64,000 bases of DNA from Candidatus Hodarchaeota archaeon (GCA_048886685.1 JBHLKM010000007.1:111190-175189); one strand, 5' to 3'. Numbered from the stretch's first letter, positions 40,002-50,573 are shown. Program-made: numbers and translations. Notes: a model not told the origin generated them from the sequence alone.

Positions 40002-40433
40002 TCACTTAATAATATCAGTTATGAAGCAGGTCTCTATGATTTTTATCCCCTGAATTTGAGAGATCTTATCTTCAATAAGCGGATTAAACTTATCTATAGA
40101 GGGTATATCAACTTTCATTAGAAGTCCACAATCACCTGATAAACGCCATATATTTTTAACTTCTTCAATTTCTCTAAGTTGTTTTATAATACGCTTAATA
40201 TCTTTGAAATCTGGTACTGCTTTTATCGTAGCACTGACATTTTGTTTTGAATCTATGTTGTAATCTATAGTAAAACGTGTGATAACTCCTTCTTCTAGTA
40301 ATTTTTTAACACGCCTTCTTACAGTAGCCTCAGTTTTATCAATCTTCTGACTGATTTCATTAAATGAAATTCTGCTATTATTCTTTAATTCCTCTATTAT
40401 TTTAAGATCCAATAAATCTAATTTTTTAGGCAA
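40002..40433 (-). CDS. Lrp/AsnC family transcriptional regulator
   Basis: LD.LD.KII.EL..NSR.S...I......TEATVRRRVKKL...GVI HTH, followed by C-terminal RAM domain. Confidence 0.92.
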   Translation of the reverse strand: MPKKLDLLDLKIIEELKNNSRISFNEISQKIDKTEATVRRRVKKLLEEGVITRFTIDYNIDSKQNVSATIKAVPDFKDIKRIIKQLREIEEVKNIWRLSGDCGLLMKVDIPSIDKFNPLIEDKISQIQGIKIIETCFITDIIK

Positions 40434-40587
40434 CTTTACACTAATCCAGCAAATTTAACTATTTAATAATTGTGATAAATTGTTTATTAAATTATTTTTT
40501 CCTAGCAAAAAAATTCATTTTTTTCTATATTTGAGCTAAAAATTGATAATCCAAATATAAATTTAATCTAAAAATAAGACCTTACTA

Positions 40588-40875
40588 TTAAGATTCTAAA
40601 TATTTCTTTAAATCAATAAGTAGTGTTTTCTCCTTCTCGCCCTTTTGAGTAATGGTGATCTTTAGAAGTTCTCCTTCAATGGTGGCTCCTTTTAATTTGA
40701 TTTCCTCTATGGTTTCAATTCCAGGTTCTTTTTCCCCTTCACTTCTAGTTTTAGATGTTAAACATGTTCTATACTCATCGTATAGATAACAATTTTCACA
40801 ACAAAAACCAATTGGCATATACCCTACAATTGAACATCTGTCAAAGAAATCACAATTACAATTTTGGCACATCAT
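40588..40875 (-). CDS. Small Cys-rich hypothetical protein
   Basis: Eight Cys in the first ~40 aa (CQNCNC...RC...FCCENC...C), then a charged beta-rich tail. Confidence 0.65.
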   Translation of the reverse strand: MMCQNCNCDFFDRCSIVGYMPIGFCCENCYLYDEYRTCLTSKTRSEGEKEPGIETIEEIKLKGATIEGELLKITITQKGEKEKTLLIDLKKYLES

Positions 40876-41215
40876 TATAATATTAGATTTGATAATATTT
40901 AAATCTGAACATTAATTTTGGAAAATTGAATATAATAGGTAATCTTGATCATTCAAATTATTAAATTCAATTATTTATATATAGTGATTCAGATAAAATT
41001 GATCGATTGAAACATTGAATGATTAAACTATTATCAATATGAACAAAATACAGAGAAAAATATCATCATTGGAAAAATAAAAATCTCTGTAATAAAATAT
41101 AACTTCACTTGGAAGTTTTACTTTAGCAATTTTCTGATAAATTTAAAAAATTTACCGTATTTACTTAACCATCAAAAACTATGGAATAAAATTATATTTT
41201 GAAATTTTTGTCAAA

Positions 41216-41713
41216 ATGAGTGTAATTAATTTTCAGTTTCGGAATGAAGTATTGAAACATAATGCCTCATTGAGCTATTGCTATCAATGTAGCACATGTA
41301 GTGGTGGCTGCCCTGTTGCTTTATTAACAAATGGAAAGTATAATCCTAGAAAGATTATTGAAGAAGCAATTTTGGGTCTTCAAGATAAATTGGTGGAGAA
41401 ACAAGAACCAAATTCATGGTTATGTTCAACCTGTCAAAAATGTGTTGAATTATGTCCTCAGAAAGTTGAACTTACTGAGATATTCACTTTAATTAAAAAC
41501 TTATGTTTTGAGAGTGGAAAAGTACCTGACGCCTTCATAGCTCAAGGTCAAGCAGTTTTAGACCATGGAGTTGCTATACCATACAGTAAAGCAATATTAA
41601 CGCGGAGAGAGAAATTAGGTCTTCCTACAATCAAAACAGCTCCATTAGACGAGATTAAGAAGATTTTAATTGAGACTAATTTTGAAAAAAACATCCCAAA
41701 GAGGGCTGAATAA
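41216..41713 (+). CDS. hdrC: Heterodisulfide reductase subunit C
   Basis: CYQCSTCSGGCP and WLCSTCQKCVELCPQ. Confidence 0.9.
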   Translation: MSVINFQFRNEVLKHNASLSYCYQCSTCSGGCPVALLTNGKYNPRKIIEEAILGLQDKLVEKQEPNSWLCSTCQKCVELCPQKVELTEIFTLIKNLCFESGKVPDAFIAQGQAVLDHGVAIPYSKAILTRREKLGLPTIKTAPLDEIKKILIETNFEKNIPKRAE

Positions 41714-41716
41714 AAG

Positions 41717-42592
41717 ATGGCGTACGATCTATTTTTAGGTTGTGTGATTCCAGCAAGGTTACCATATTTAGAAACCTCGTCAAGAAAGGTGTTTGAAAAA
41801 CTCGGTATTAAGCTGAATGATGTTGATGGTTTTAGTTGCTGTCCTGATCCAACAGGCATAGAACTAATCGATCATAAAACTTGGCTAGCTTTAGGAGCGA
41901 GGAATTTAAGTCTCTGTAATACTAATGGTGGTGTAGTATCATTTTGTTCTGGTTGTGTGGAAACATTAAAGGGTGTAAATTATGCTATTAATAAAGATTC
42001 TCATGCAAAAGAAGAAGTAAATCAAGTTTTAAAAAAGGTAGGAAAATCTTATGATGGAAAAGTTGAAGTGAAGCATTTTGCTGAGATACTCTATGAATAT
42101 TTGGATAAAGTTAAGGCATATGTAGAAAAACCCTTAGATGGCTTCAAGGTCGCGGTACATTATGGATGCCATTATTTAAGACCATCAGAAATAATAAACT
42201 GGGATGACCCATTTGAACCAAAAACAGTAGATGAAATAGTTAGAGCGCTTGGAGCAGAATCTGTAGATTATGAAATGAAAATGGAATGTTGTGGAAACCC
42301 GGTGGAGAAATCTGATAAAGATTTATCTCTCTTAATGATTGATCAGAAGCTTAAAGCAATTCAAGAAGTAGGCGCTAATTGTGTTGTTGTGGTTTGTCCA
42401 GCATGCTATCAGCAATATGAGTTTAATCAGAGGGAACTCAATAAGAAAAATGAATCAACTTATGATTTTCCAGTATTCTATTTATCAGAATTAGTTGCCT
42501 TAGCATTTGGATTTAAACCGGAAGAATTAGGGTTCAATTTTCATAGAATCAGACCCGCTCAATTATTTGAGAGTATTGAATTTACTCCTTAA
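41717..42592 (+). CDS. hdrB: Heterodisulfide reductase subunit B
   Basis: FLGC, SCCP, ARNL, CSGC, HYGCH, ECCG, CPAC (two CCG domains). Confidence 0.93.
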   Translation: MAYDLFLGCVIPARLPYLETSSRKVFEKLGIKLNDVDGFSCCPDPTGIELIDHKTWLALGARNLSLCNTNGGVVSFCSGCVETLKGVNYAINKDSHAKEEVNQVLKKVGKSYDGKVEVKHFAEILYEYLDKVKAYVEKPLDGFKVAVHYGCHYLRPSEIINWDDPFEPKTVDEIVRALGAESVDYEMKMECCGNPVEKSDKDLSLLMIDQKLKAIQEVGANCVVVVCPACYQQYEFNQRELNKKNESTYDFPVFYLSELVALAFGFKPEELGFNFHRIRPAQLFESIEFTP

Positions 42593-42634
42593 ATTTTTAA
42601 TTTCATAAAAAAATAAATTAGGATTTGAAAGGAT

Positions 42635-43759
42635 ATGACAGAAATTAAGCCTAAAAAAACTGTACTAAAAGATGTTAAAATCTTCAAGGATCTTGAAGAT
42701 GAGATTATCAAAACCAATAAATGCTGTGCCTGTGGTGCATGTGTAGCCTACTGCAACTCACAGGGTTTTGATGTTATCAAAATGGAGGGTTATACCCCTC
42801 AATTCATTTCTGATGCAAATGTAGATAATTGTAAGGAATGTGGTCTCTGTTATTATATTTGCCCTCAAACTTTACCTTTAATGAAACAAATAAATGAAGT
42901 ATATCGCATTAAAGATGAGCTTGGATATATTCGAGATGTTGTTGCCGCAAAAACTGCCGATGAGAAAATTCGAGAAATAGGGCAAGATGGAGGGATGGTA
43001 ACTACTCTTTTAATGTATCTGTTTGATAAAAACAAAATTGATGCTGCGATTGTATCAGAATATAATGAAAACTTACGACCAATTCCAAAAATAATCTATA
43101 ATAAAGAAGAACTGTTAAAATCTTCTGGAACGCGATATTCTATATCATCGAATATCTTACCGTTACAAGATCTTTATAGTATAGTAGAAGAAATTGTAGA
43201 AAAACAGCATCAAATTTATGATATTAATCAAATTCGCATGGCTTTTGTAGGAACTCCTTGTCAATGTAGAGCTGTTCGGAAAATGCAACTTCTGAATATT
43301 AGCCCTACACATGTGATTAAATATGTGTTTGGCTTATTCTGTATGGAAAACTTTGATTATGAGAAGTTATTCGAGCTCGTAAAAAAAGAGACTAATGAGG
43401 TCCCTACAAATATAGTCAAAATGAATATTAAGAAGAACTTTTTCATAACAAATAAAGAAAATAAAGTTTTTGAAGTTGAACTCAAGAAGTTTGATGATGC
43501 CGTAAGAAATCATTGCCATGAATGTGATGAATTCACAAGTAGATTTGCGGATATCAGTTTTGGTGGTTCTGGAGCCGTACAACAAAATTCAATGGTAGTG
43601 ATTCGTACAGAAAAAGGTCAAGATTTAATTAGAGATGCTATTATCGCTGGTTATATTAATAAATTTACTCCTAAAAAGTCTACAATTGACGAATGGAAAG
43701 CTAGTAAGATAGACCTGTTTAGAAGAATGACAAATAACAAAATTAAAAAACAAAAATAG
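42635..43759 (+). CDS. Coenzyme F420 hydrogenase/dehydrogenase beta subunit family (FrhB/FdhB/FpoF-like) with N-terminal ferredoxin
   Basis: CCACGAC, CKECGLC; GQDGGMVT, SGTRY, VGTPCQ, GLFCMENF, C..C.EF...ADISFG. Confidence 0.88.
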   Translation: MTEIKPKKTVLKDVKIFKDLEDEIIKTNKCCACGACVAYCNSQGFDVIKMEGYTPQFISDANVDNCKECGLCYYICPQTLPLMKQINEVYRIKDELGYIRDVVAAKTADEKIREIGQDGGMVTTLLMYLFDKNKIDAAIVSEYNENLRPIPKIIYNKEELLKSSGTRYSISSNILPLQDLYSIVEEIVEKQHQIYDINQIRMAFVGTPCQCRAVRKMQLLNISPTHVIKYVFGLFCMENFDYEKLFELVKKETNEVPTNIVKMNIKKNFFITNKENKVFEVELKKFDDAVRNHCHECDEFTSRFADISFGGSGAVQQNSMVVIRTEKGQDLIRDAIIAGYINKFTPKKSTIDEWKASKIDLFRRMTNNKIKKQK

Positions 43760-45073
43760 GTGAAAAAAATGGGAGAAGATTCGAAATCAGTTGTTATAAT
43801 TGGAGCGGGAATTGCCGGTATTCAAGCCGCTTTGGATTTAGGGGATATGGGAATACAAGTACATCTTATTGAGAAACAACCTTGTATTGGAGGGAGAATG
43901 GCTCAATTGGATAAGACTTTCCCTACACTTGACTGCTCAATTTGTATCCTTGCTCCAAAACTATCAGAATGTTATAGACATCCTAACATTACACTCCATA
44001 CTCTTTCAGAAGTTCAAAAAGTAGAGGGTTCAATTGGTAATTTTACAGTAGATGTTTTAAAACATGCGAGATATGTGAAGGAGGGGGTATGTACCAATTG
44101 TGGAGATTGCGCTGATATATGTCCAGTTCGAGGAATTGCCAATTTCTTCGATGCTAACCTAGCAACTCAATCAGCTGCTCAAATAGCTTTTCCTGCAGCG
44201 GTTCCTGCCACTTATCGTATTGATCCAAGCAAATGTCTATATTTAAATTATGAAATTTGCGGATTGTGTTATCAAAATTGTGGTGCGGATGCGATTGATT
44301 TCACGCAAAAAGATTCTGTACTTAGCTTAGATAATGTTGGAGCAATTATAGTCGCAACCGGTTTAGATTTAGCAGAAGATATACATACATTAAATATCTA
44401 TGGCTATCAAAAATATGATAATGTAGTCACAGCAATGGAGCTCGAGAGATTAATCTGTGCCTCAGGACCACAAGCCGGTCATTTGGCAAGATTAACTGAT
44501 GGGAAGCACCCTAAAAAAATCGCATTTCTCCAATGTATTGATTCACGTTCTCAAAAAGGACAAATGTATTGTTCCTCTGTTTGTTGCATGTATACTACAA
44601 AGGAAGCTATGATAGCTTATGAACATGACAATGAATTGGAATCTTATGTTTTTTATATTGATATGAGAGCAGGAGGGAAAGGATTTCAAAAATTCTTACA
44701 CCGGGGTGCCGAAGAATATAATATTAAGTATATTAAAAGTAAGATTTCTCACATAGAAGTAGATGAGAATGAAAATCCAATCATTACCTATGAAGATTAT
44801 GAAACATCTGAAATAAAACAATTAACTGTAGATTTGGTTGTATTAGCAACCTGTATAATCCCGTCGAGAGGGATTTCTAAATTATCAGAAGTGTTAGGTA
44901 TTGATTTAGATCATTACGATTTTGTGAAAACAAATCCATTTATGCCTGTAGAAACAAGTATAGAGGGAATTTATACTTGTGGCTGTGCTCGCGAACCAAT
45001 GGATATACCCCGCTCTGTTGCTGAAGCTAGTGGAGCTGCAGCACGGGCGGCAGAAGTAATTAAGGGAGGTTAA
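43760..45073 (+). CDS. hdrA: HdrA-like flavoprotein, N-terminal half of a split large HdrA
   Basis: IIGAGIAG, GGRMAQLDKTFPTLDCSICIL, inserted ferredoxins, FLQC..SR, YCSSVCC, PMDIP. Start may be ATG 43769. Confidence 0.88.
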   Translation: MKKMGEDSKSVVIIGAGIAGIQAALDLGDMGIQVHLIEKQPCIGGRMAQLDKTFPTLDCSICILAPKLSECYRHPNITLHTLSEVQKVEGSIGNFTVDVLKHARYVKEGVCTNCGDCADICPVRGIANFFDANLATQSAAQIAFPAAVPATYRIDPSKCLYLNYEICGLCYQNCGADAIDFTQKDSVLSLDNVGAIIVATGLDLAEDIHTLNIYGYQKYDNVVTAMELERLICASGPQAGHLARLTDGKHPKKIAFLQCIDSRSQKGQMYCSSVCCMYTTKEAMIAYEHDNELESYVFYIDMRAGGKGFQKFLHRGAEEYNIKYIKSKISHIEVDENENPIITYEDYETSEIKQLTVDLVVLATCIIPSRGISKLSEVLGIDLDHYDFVKTNPFMPVETSIEGIYTCGCAREPMDIPRSVAEASGAAARAAEVIKGG

Positions 45074-45080
45074 GATTAAA

Positions 45081-46760
45081 ATGTCTGAAAAAGAAGAAGA
45101 ACCGCGAATTGGAGTATTTGTGTGTAGTTGTGGCTCAAACATCGGTGGACTTATAGATATTAAAGCCCTTGCCGAATACGCTAAGACTTTACCCAATGTC
45201 GTCTTTACTGAAGATAATCTTTATACTTGCAGTGAAACAGGATTAGCACAGATTAAGAATGGTATAAAAGACCATAATCTAAATCGTGTGATAGTTGCAT
45301 CATGCACACCAAGAACACATGAACCTCTTTTCCGGGATTGTGTTGAGGAAGAAGGTGTAAACGAGTATCTCTTTAATTTCGTGAATATACGAGACCAAAA
45401 TACATGGTGTCATCAGAAATACCCAGAAGAAGCGTTTGAGAAGGCCAAAGACTTAATCCGTATGGGCGTAGCAAAGGCAAGTAAGCTGGAGGCGCTAGAA
45501 AATATTACTGTAGATGCGACCCCAACTGCTTTAGTAATTGGTGGGGGCGTTTCAGGAATGACTGCTGCGCTTAGTTTGGCAAATCAAGGATTTGAAACAC
45601 ATTTAGTTGAAAGAGAAAATGAATTAGGTGGAAGGTTAAGAACACTTTATAAATTATTCCCTAATGATCAGGAAGCACATGTACTATTGGATAATCTTAA
45701 GAAAAATGTGGAAAGTAATCCAAACCTGACAGTCCATCTTTCAAGCCAAGTTAAGGACGTAAATGGTTATATAGGTAATTTTGAAGTAGAAGTAGAAACA
45801 AATGAAGATAAGATAAATTTACCTATTGGGGTTATTCTCGTAGCCGTTGGATCTTCTCTTCTTCCACCAACTGGAAAATATGGCTACGATGGTAATATAC
45901 GGATTACTCAACATGAATTAGAGGGTAAATTAAAAAATAATGAAGTTAAAGCCAAGGATGTTGTAATGATACAATGCGTTGGTGCTCGCAATGATGAGAG
46001 GGCTTATTGTTCAAACGTATGTTGTATGACTGCCTTGAAAAATGCCTTAATTATAAAGGAGAATAATCCTGAGGCAAATATAACAATATTATTTAGGGAT
46101 CTTTATACCCCTGGAACATATTATGAAGATTATTATAGAAGGGCACGGGAAGAAGGAATTATCTTTATGGAATATAATCTTGAGAAAAAACCACAAGTAG
46201 AAGAAAATCAGATTAAATTTTATAATGAATACTTAGGAGAGGAAATGATTGTTCCTTACGATCTTCTTGTGTTATCAACACCCTTAGTTGCGAATAATGA
46301 TAATAAAGCACTTGCCCAAATGTTAAAAGTGCCATTAGAAGAAAACCAATTCTTTTTAGAAGCTCATGTTAAATTACGTCCGATGGATTTTGCGACGGAT
46401 GGAGTTTATGTCTGTGGCTCGGCTAAATGGCCAGTAGATATCATCGAATCTATAACCCAAGGGTACGCAGCAGCATCAAGGGCAAGTACAATTATTTCTC
46501 ACGATACTGTAGAGGTTGAAGGTGCCACTTCATTCTTACCTGATTATAATAAAGCCCTATGCAGCGGCTGCGAAGTGTGTATAACTGTATGCCCTTATAA
46601 AGCAATAAGTAAGAATGAAGATGATGAGATTGAAATTACTCAAGTACTTTGTAAAGGCTGCGGAGTATGCGGTGCCACTTGTACAAATCATGCGATAATA
46701 ATTAGGCATTTTACAGATGAGCAAATATTATCTGAAATTTATGCATTTGGAGGGAAATAA
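45081..46760 (+). CDS. hdrA: HdrA-like flavoprotein, C-terminal half of a split large HdrA
   Basis: RIGVFVCSCG, ASCTPRTHE, NIRDQ, ALVIGGG, QCVGAR, EAHVKLRP, C-terminal 2x[4Fe-4S]. Confidence 0.88.
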   Translation: MSEKEEEPRIGVFVCSCGSNIGGLIDIKALAEYAKTLPNVVFTEDNLYTCSETGLAQIKNGIKDHNLNRVIVASCTPRTHEPLFRDCVEEEGVNEYLFNFVNIRDQNTWCHQKYPEEAFEKAKDLIRMGVAKASKLEALENITVDATPTALVIGGGVSGMTAALSLANQGFETHLVERENELGGRLRTLYKLFPNDQEAHVLLDNLKKNVESNPNLTVHLSSQVKDVNGYIGNFEVEVETNEDKINLPIGVILVAVGSSLLPPTGKYGYDGNIRITQHELEGKLKNNEVKAKDVVMIQCVGARNDERAYCSNVCCMTALKNALIIKENNPEANITILFRDLYTPGTYYEDYYRRAREEGIIFMEYNLEKKPQVEENQIKFYNEYLGEEMIVPYDLLVLSTPLVANNDNKALAQMLKVPLEENQFFLEAHVKLRPMDFATDGVYVCGSAKWPVDIIESITQGYAAASRASTIISHDTVEVEGATSFLPDYNKALCSGCEVCITVCPYKAISKNEDDEIEITQVLCKGCGVCGATCTNHAIIIRHFTDEQILSEIYAFGGK

Positions 46761-46761
46761 A

Positions 46762-47523
46762 ATGACTTTCGAACCAAAAATTCTGGGATTTTTATGTAAT
46801 TGGTGTTGTTATGCAGGAGCGGATTTAGCAGGAGTCAGTAGAATGCAATATCCCCCAAATATCCGAGTTATTCGTGTAATGTGCTCTGGAAGAATCGATC
46901 CCAAGTTTATTTTCGAATCTCTTCGAGTCGGTGCTGATGGAGTCTTTATTGGAGGCTGCCACTTAGGAGATTGCCATTATCTCGAAGGGAATTATGAAGC
47001 TGTGAAAAAATTTGAAATGGTACAAAAATTTCTTAAGCTTGTAAATTTAGATAATAGAGTAAAACTAGAATGGGTATCTGCTTCAGAAGGTGCGAGATAC
47101 GCTTCAGTTATTACAGAATTTACAGAACATATAAGATCATTAGGTCCATCCCCAGCAGGTGGAGACAATCCCGATGAGGAATTACTTGATAAACTGAGAG
47201 CTATGGAAGATGCTGCTGGAGACGACCGGATGAGAGCACTTGTAGGGAGAGAGAGAAAGATTACAGAGCAAGAAAATGTGTATGGTGAGCAAGTTTCGAT
47301 TGAAAAATTTAATGAGATATTTGATTCAGCAATTATGGAAGAATATGAACGAAATAGAATTCTAATTTCATTAGAAAAAGATGAAAAGTCTGTAAAGGAT
47401 TTAGCAGCTGAATTAGAAATAGATCCAAGTATAGTACTAGAACATATGACAATTTTAAAAACTCGAGGTCTTGTTGACTTTGGAAAATTTGTTGGAATTA
47501 CTCCAATGTTTCATAGGATGTAA
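46762..47523 (+). CDS. mvhD: MvhD/FlxD [2Fe-2S] subunit fused to C-terminal winged helix-turn-helix
   Basis: FLCNWCCYAGAD, VMCSGR, GCHLGDCHY, WVSASEG; C-terminal RILISL...SVKDLAAEL.IDPS.VLEHM..L..RGLV. ATG at 46762 follows the hdrA stop. Confidence 0.85.
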   Translation: MTFEPKILGFLCNWCCYAGADLAGVSRMQYPPNIRVIRVMCSGRIDPKFIFESLRVGADGVFIGGCHLGDCHYLEGNYEAVKKFEMVQKFLKLVNLDNRVKLEWVSASEGARYASVITEFTEHIRSLGPSPAGGDNPDEELLDKLRAMEDAAGDDRMRALVGRERKITEQENVYGEQVSIEKFNEIFDSAIMEEYERNRILISLEKDEKSVKDLAAELEIDPSIVLEHMTILKTRGLVDFGKFVGITPMFHRM

Positions 47524-47529
47524 GGAGGT
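47522..47529 (+). promoter_or_regulatory. Shine-Dalgarno-like site for the large hdrA
   Basis: AAGGAGGT 6 nt before ATG 47536. The same motif at 50558-50565 precedes mvhD. Confidence 0.7.
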
Positions 47530-47535
47530 AAAAAG

Positions 47536-50500
47536 ATGGAAAAAGTAGGAGCAGTAATGGTTGTAGGCGCTGGAATTGGAGGATCCCAAGCAGCGCTAGA
47601 TTTAGGAGATTCTGGCTATAAAGTTTACTTAATTGAGTCATCAACAAGCATTGGTGGCGTAATGGCTCAATTGGATAAAACTTTTCCCACAAATGACTGC
47701 GCAATGTGTATCGTGAGTCCTAAGCTTGTGGAAACGGGTAGACACCAGAACATTGATTTGAGCATCAATTGCGAAATCTTGGATGTCTCAGGGGAAGCAG
47801 GTAACTTCACAGTTAAAGTAAAAAAGAATTCTTTGTATATCAATCCCGATAAATGCACTGGTTGTGGTGTTTGTGGGCAGAATTGTCCAGTTGAAGCAAT
47901 AGATATATTCAATGAAGGATTAGCGAAATATGCTGCAACTTCAGTAAAATATCCACAAGCAGTTCCACTCGTTTATGCAATCAATAAAAAGCATTGTATA
48001 GGTTGTGGAGTGTGTGCGGGAGTTTGTAAGGCTAAAGCAGTAGAATATGATCGAAAGGATGAGATTGTCGATCTAAACATTGGAGCTATTGTTCTAGCAC
48101 CAGGATTTGATGAATATGTTCCCCCAGAAGTTAATAAATACGGTTATGGTAAATTTAAGAACGTTGTATCAAGTATCGAGTTTGAGCGGATATTATCTGC
48201 ATCTGGACCATATGCAGGGAGAGTTATAAGACCTTCTGATGGAGACATACCAGAAAAGGTAGCGTTTCTTCAATGTGTTGGCTCACGAGATTACACGGGA
48301 GATGGACAGCCCTATTGTTCTTCGGTTTGTTGTATGTATACTGCTAAGGAGGCTGTAATTGCTCATGAACATCAACATGAAGTAAAACCCACCATTTTTA
48401 GTATGGATATTAGAGCCTATGGAAAAGATTTTGATAAATATATAATTAGAGCTCAAGAAGAATATGGTATCAGGTATGTAAGGAGCCGAATTTCATCTAT
48501 AGATGAAAATCCCGAGAAAAAAGATTTAATTTTAAGATATGAAACTGAAGATGGAAAAGTAGTGGAAGAAAATTATAATATGGTTGTGTTAGGTGTTGGA
48601 CTTAATCCGCCCAATGATGCAGAATATCTTGCGGAAAAATTTGGAATTGAATTAAATGAATATAAATTTGCTAATACTGACATTTTTAATCCGGTACAGA
48701 CTACGAAGCCAGGTATTTTTGCATGTGGAGCATTTTCTCAACCTAAAGACATTCCTGAAACTGTTACTCAAGCAAGTGCCGCTGCTGGATGTGTGAATCA
48801 ACTTTTATATGAAAAAAGAGGCACCTTAATCACAGAAAAAACATTACCACCAGAAATATTTGTAGCAGGACAACCTCCGAGAATTGGAGTATTCATTTGT
48901 CACTGCGGAATTAACATTGGTGGATATGTAGATGTTCCAGAAGTGACCAGATATGCGAGTACTCTTCCCAATGTAGTTATGGCTGATAGAAATTTATATA
49001 CTTGTTCTGCTGACACGCAAGGGATAATAAAAGAAAAAATAGAAGAATATCATTTAAACCGTGTGATTGTGGCTTCATGCACACCAAGAACTCATGAGCC
49101 ATTATTCCAAGAAACGATACGTGAAGCAGGGTTGAATAGATATCTGTTTCAAATGGCCAACATTAGAGATCAGTGTTCTTGGGTTCATATGAATCAGCCT
49201 GAAGAAGCAACACAAAAAGCAAAAGACCTTGTGAGAATGGCAGTTAATAAAGCTCGTAGAATTGCCCCAATAGATAGAATAAAGTTAGGAGTAACAAGGA
49301 AGGCAATGGTCATAGGGGGAGGTATTACTGGTATGGTTGCAGCCCTAAATTTTGCGAGTCAAGAAATTGAAACATATTTAGTTGAGAGAGAGTCAAAATT
49401 AGGAGGTTTCGCTAACCATATATATCATACACTTGAAGGTGGAGATGTTCAAGCTTATGTAGCAGAATTAATTGATAAAGTAAAATCAAATAAATTTATT
49501 CATCTTTATACTGATGCTGAAATTGAAACCCTAGACGGCTACATTGGTAATTTTAAAACTACAGTAGCATATGGTCCAAATAAAGAGAGAGTAGAATTTG
49601 ATCATGGAGTTGTTATTGTAGCAACTGGGGCTCATGAATATAAACCAAAAGAATTCCTTTATGGTCAAAATGATAAGGTAATCTTACAATCAGAATTTGA
49701 AAAAATCCTAAATACAAATGGAGCAATAAAAGGCAAGAATTCTATTGTAATGATTCAATGTGTAGGTTCTAGAAACGATGAACATCCGTATTGTAGTAAA
49801 ATGTGTTGCGCGGAGGCTATTAAAAACGCCTTGCTGGTAAAGGAAATGAATCCATCAAGCGAAGTTATAATTTTATTCCGAGATATCAGAACCTACGGAT
49901 TTAAAGAAAAATATTATAGAAAAGCAAGAGAAGCAGGAGTTATTTTCCTTCGATATGATGAAAATAATCCTCCTGAAATTAGTACAAATGGATCTGCATT
50001 AAAAGTGGATGTTAAGACCCCAAAAGCGGGTGACTTATCAATACCCGCAGATTTATTAGTATTAAGTGCAGGCATAGTTGCATCACACGAGGAAAATGAA
50101 GAACTTGCTAAAATGCTAAAAGTACCTTTAAATGATGATAATTTTTATTTAGAAGCCCACGTAAAGCTTCGTCCAGTTGATTTTGCGACTGAAGGAGTTT
50201 TTGTCGCGGGAATGGCACATTGTCCAAAAACTATAGAAGATTCAATTTCACAGGCCAATGCTGCTGTTTCGAGAGCATGTACAATTCTTTCGAAAGATGA
50301 AGTTGAAGCAGAAGGTAAGACTGCTGTAATAGACATGTCTCGTTGCATCGGATGTGGTATGTGTGTAGAGAACTGTGCTTATAACGCGATAGAACTAATC
50401 GAGGATAGAAGATTCGGTGTTGTCGCATCTATTAATACAGTACTATGTAAAGGATGTGGAGCATGTAGTGGGAACTGTCGATGTAGTGCCATCGATATAT

Positions 50501-50553
50501 TAGGCTTTACTGCCGAACAGATCTATTCTATGATAACTGGAAGAATAGGTTAA
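47536..50553 (+). CDS. hdrA: Large HdrA-like flavoprotein (two FAD modules, multiple Fe-S)
   Basis: VVGAGIGG, LDKTFPTNDCAMCI, QCVGSR twice, RIGVFICHCG, ASCTPRTHE, EAHVKLRP, C-terminal ferredoxins. Confidence 0.92.
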   Translation: MEKVGAVMVVGAGIGGSQAALDLGDSGYKVYLIESSTSIGGVMAQLDKTFPTNDCAMCIVSPKLVETGRHQNIDLSINCEILDVSGEAGNFTVKVKKNSLYINPDKCTGCGVCGQNCPVEAIDIFNEGLAKYAATSVKYPQAVPLVYAINKKHCIGCGVCAGVCKAKAVEYDRKDEIVDLNIGAIVLAPGFDEYVPPEVNKYGYGKFKNVVSSIEFERILSASGPYAGRVIRPSDGDIPEKVAFLQCVGSRDYTGDGQPYCSSVCCMYTAKEAVIAHEHQHEVKPTIFSMDIRAYGKDFDKYIIRAQEEYGIRYVRSRISSIDENPEKKDLILRYETEDGKVVEENYNMVVLGVGLNPPNDAEYLAEKFGIELNEYKFANTDIFNPVQTTKPGIFACGAFSQPKDIPETVTQASAAAGCVNQLLYEKRGTLITEKTLPPEIFVAGQPPRIGVFICHCGINIGGYVDVPEVTRYASTLPNVVMADRNLYTCSADTQGIIKEKIEEYHLNRVIVASCTPRTHEPLFQETIREAGLNRYLFQMANIRDQCSWVHMNQPEEATQKAKDLVRMAVNKARRIAPIDRIKLGVTRKAMVIGGGITGMVAALNFASQEIETYLVERESKLGGFANHIYHTLEGGDVQAYVAELIDKVKSNKFIHLYTDAEIETLDGYIGNFKTTVAYGPNKERVEFDHGVVIVATGAHEYKPKEFLYGQNDKVILQSEFEKILNTNGAIKGKNSIVMIQCVGSRNDEHPYCSKMCCAEAIKNALLVKEMNPSSEVIILFRDIRTYGFKEKYYRKAREAGVIFLRYDENNPPEISTNGSALKVDVKTPKAGDLSIPADLLVLSAGIVASHEENEELAKMLKVPLNDDNFYLEAHVKLRPVDFATEGVFVAGMAHCPKTIEDSISQANAAVSRACTILSKDEVEAEGKTAVIDMSRCIGCGMCVENCAYNAIELIEDRRFGVVASINTVLCKGCGACSGNCRCSAIDILGFTAEQIYSMITGRIG

Positions 50554-50573
50554 AATTAAGGAGGTTAAAGAAA

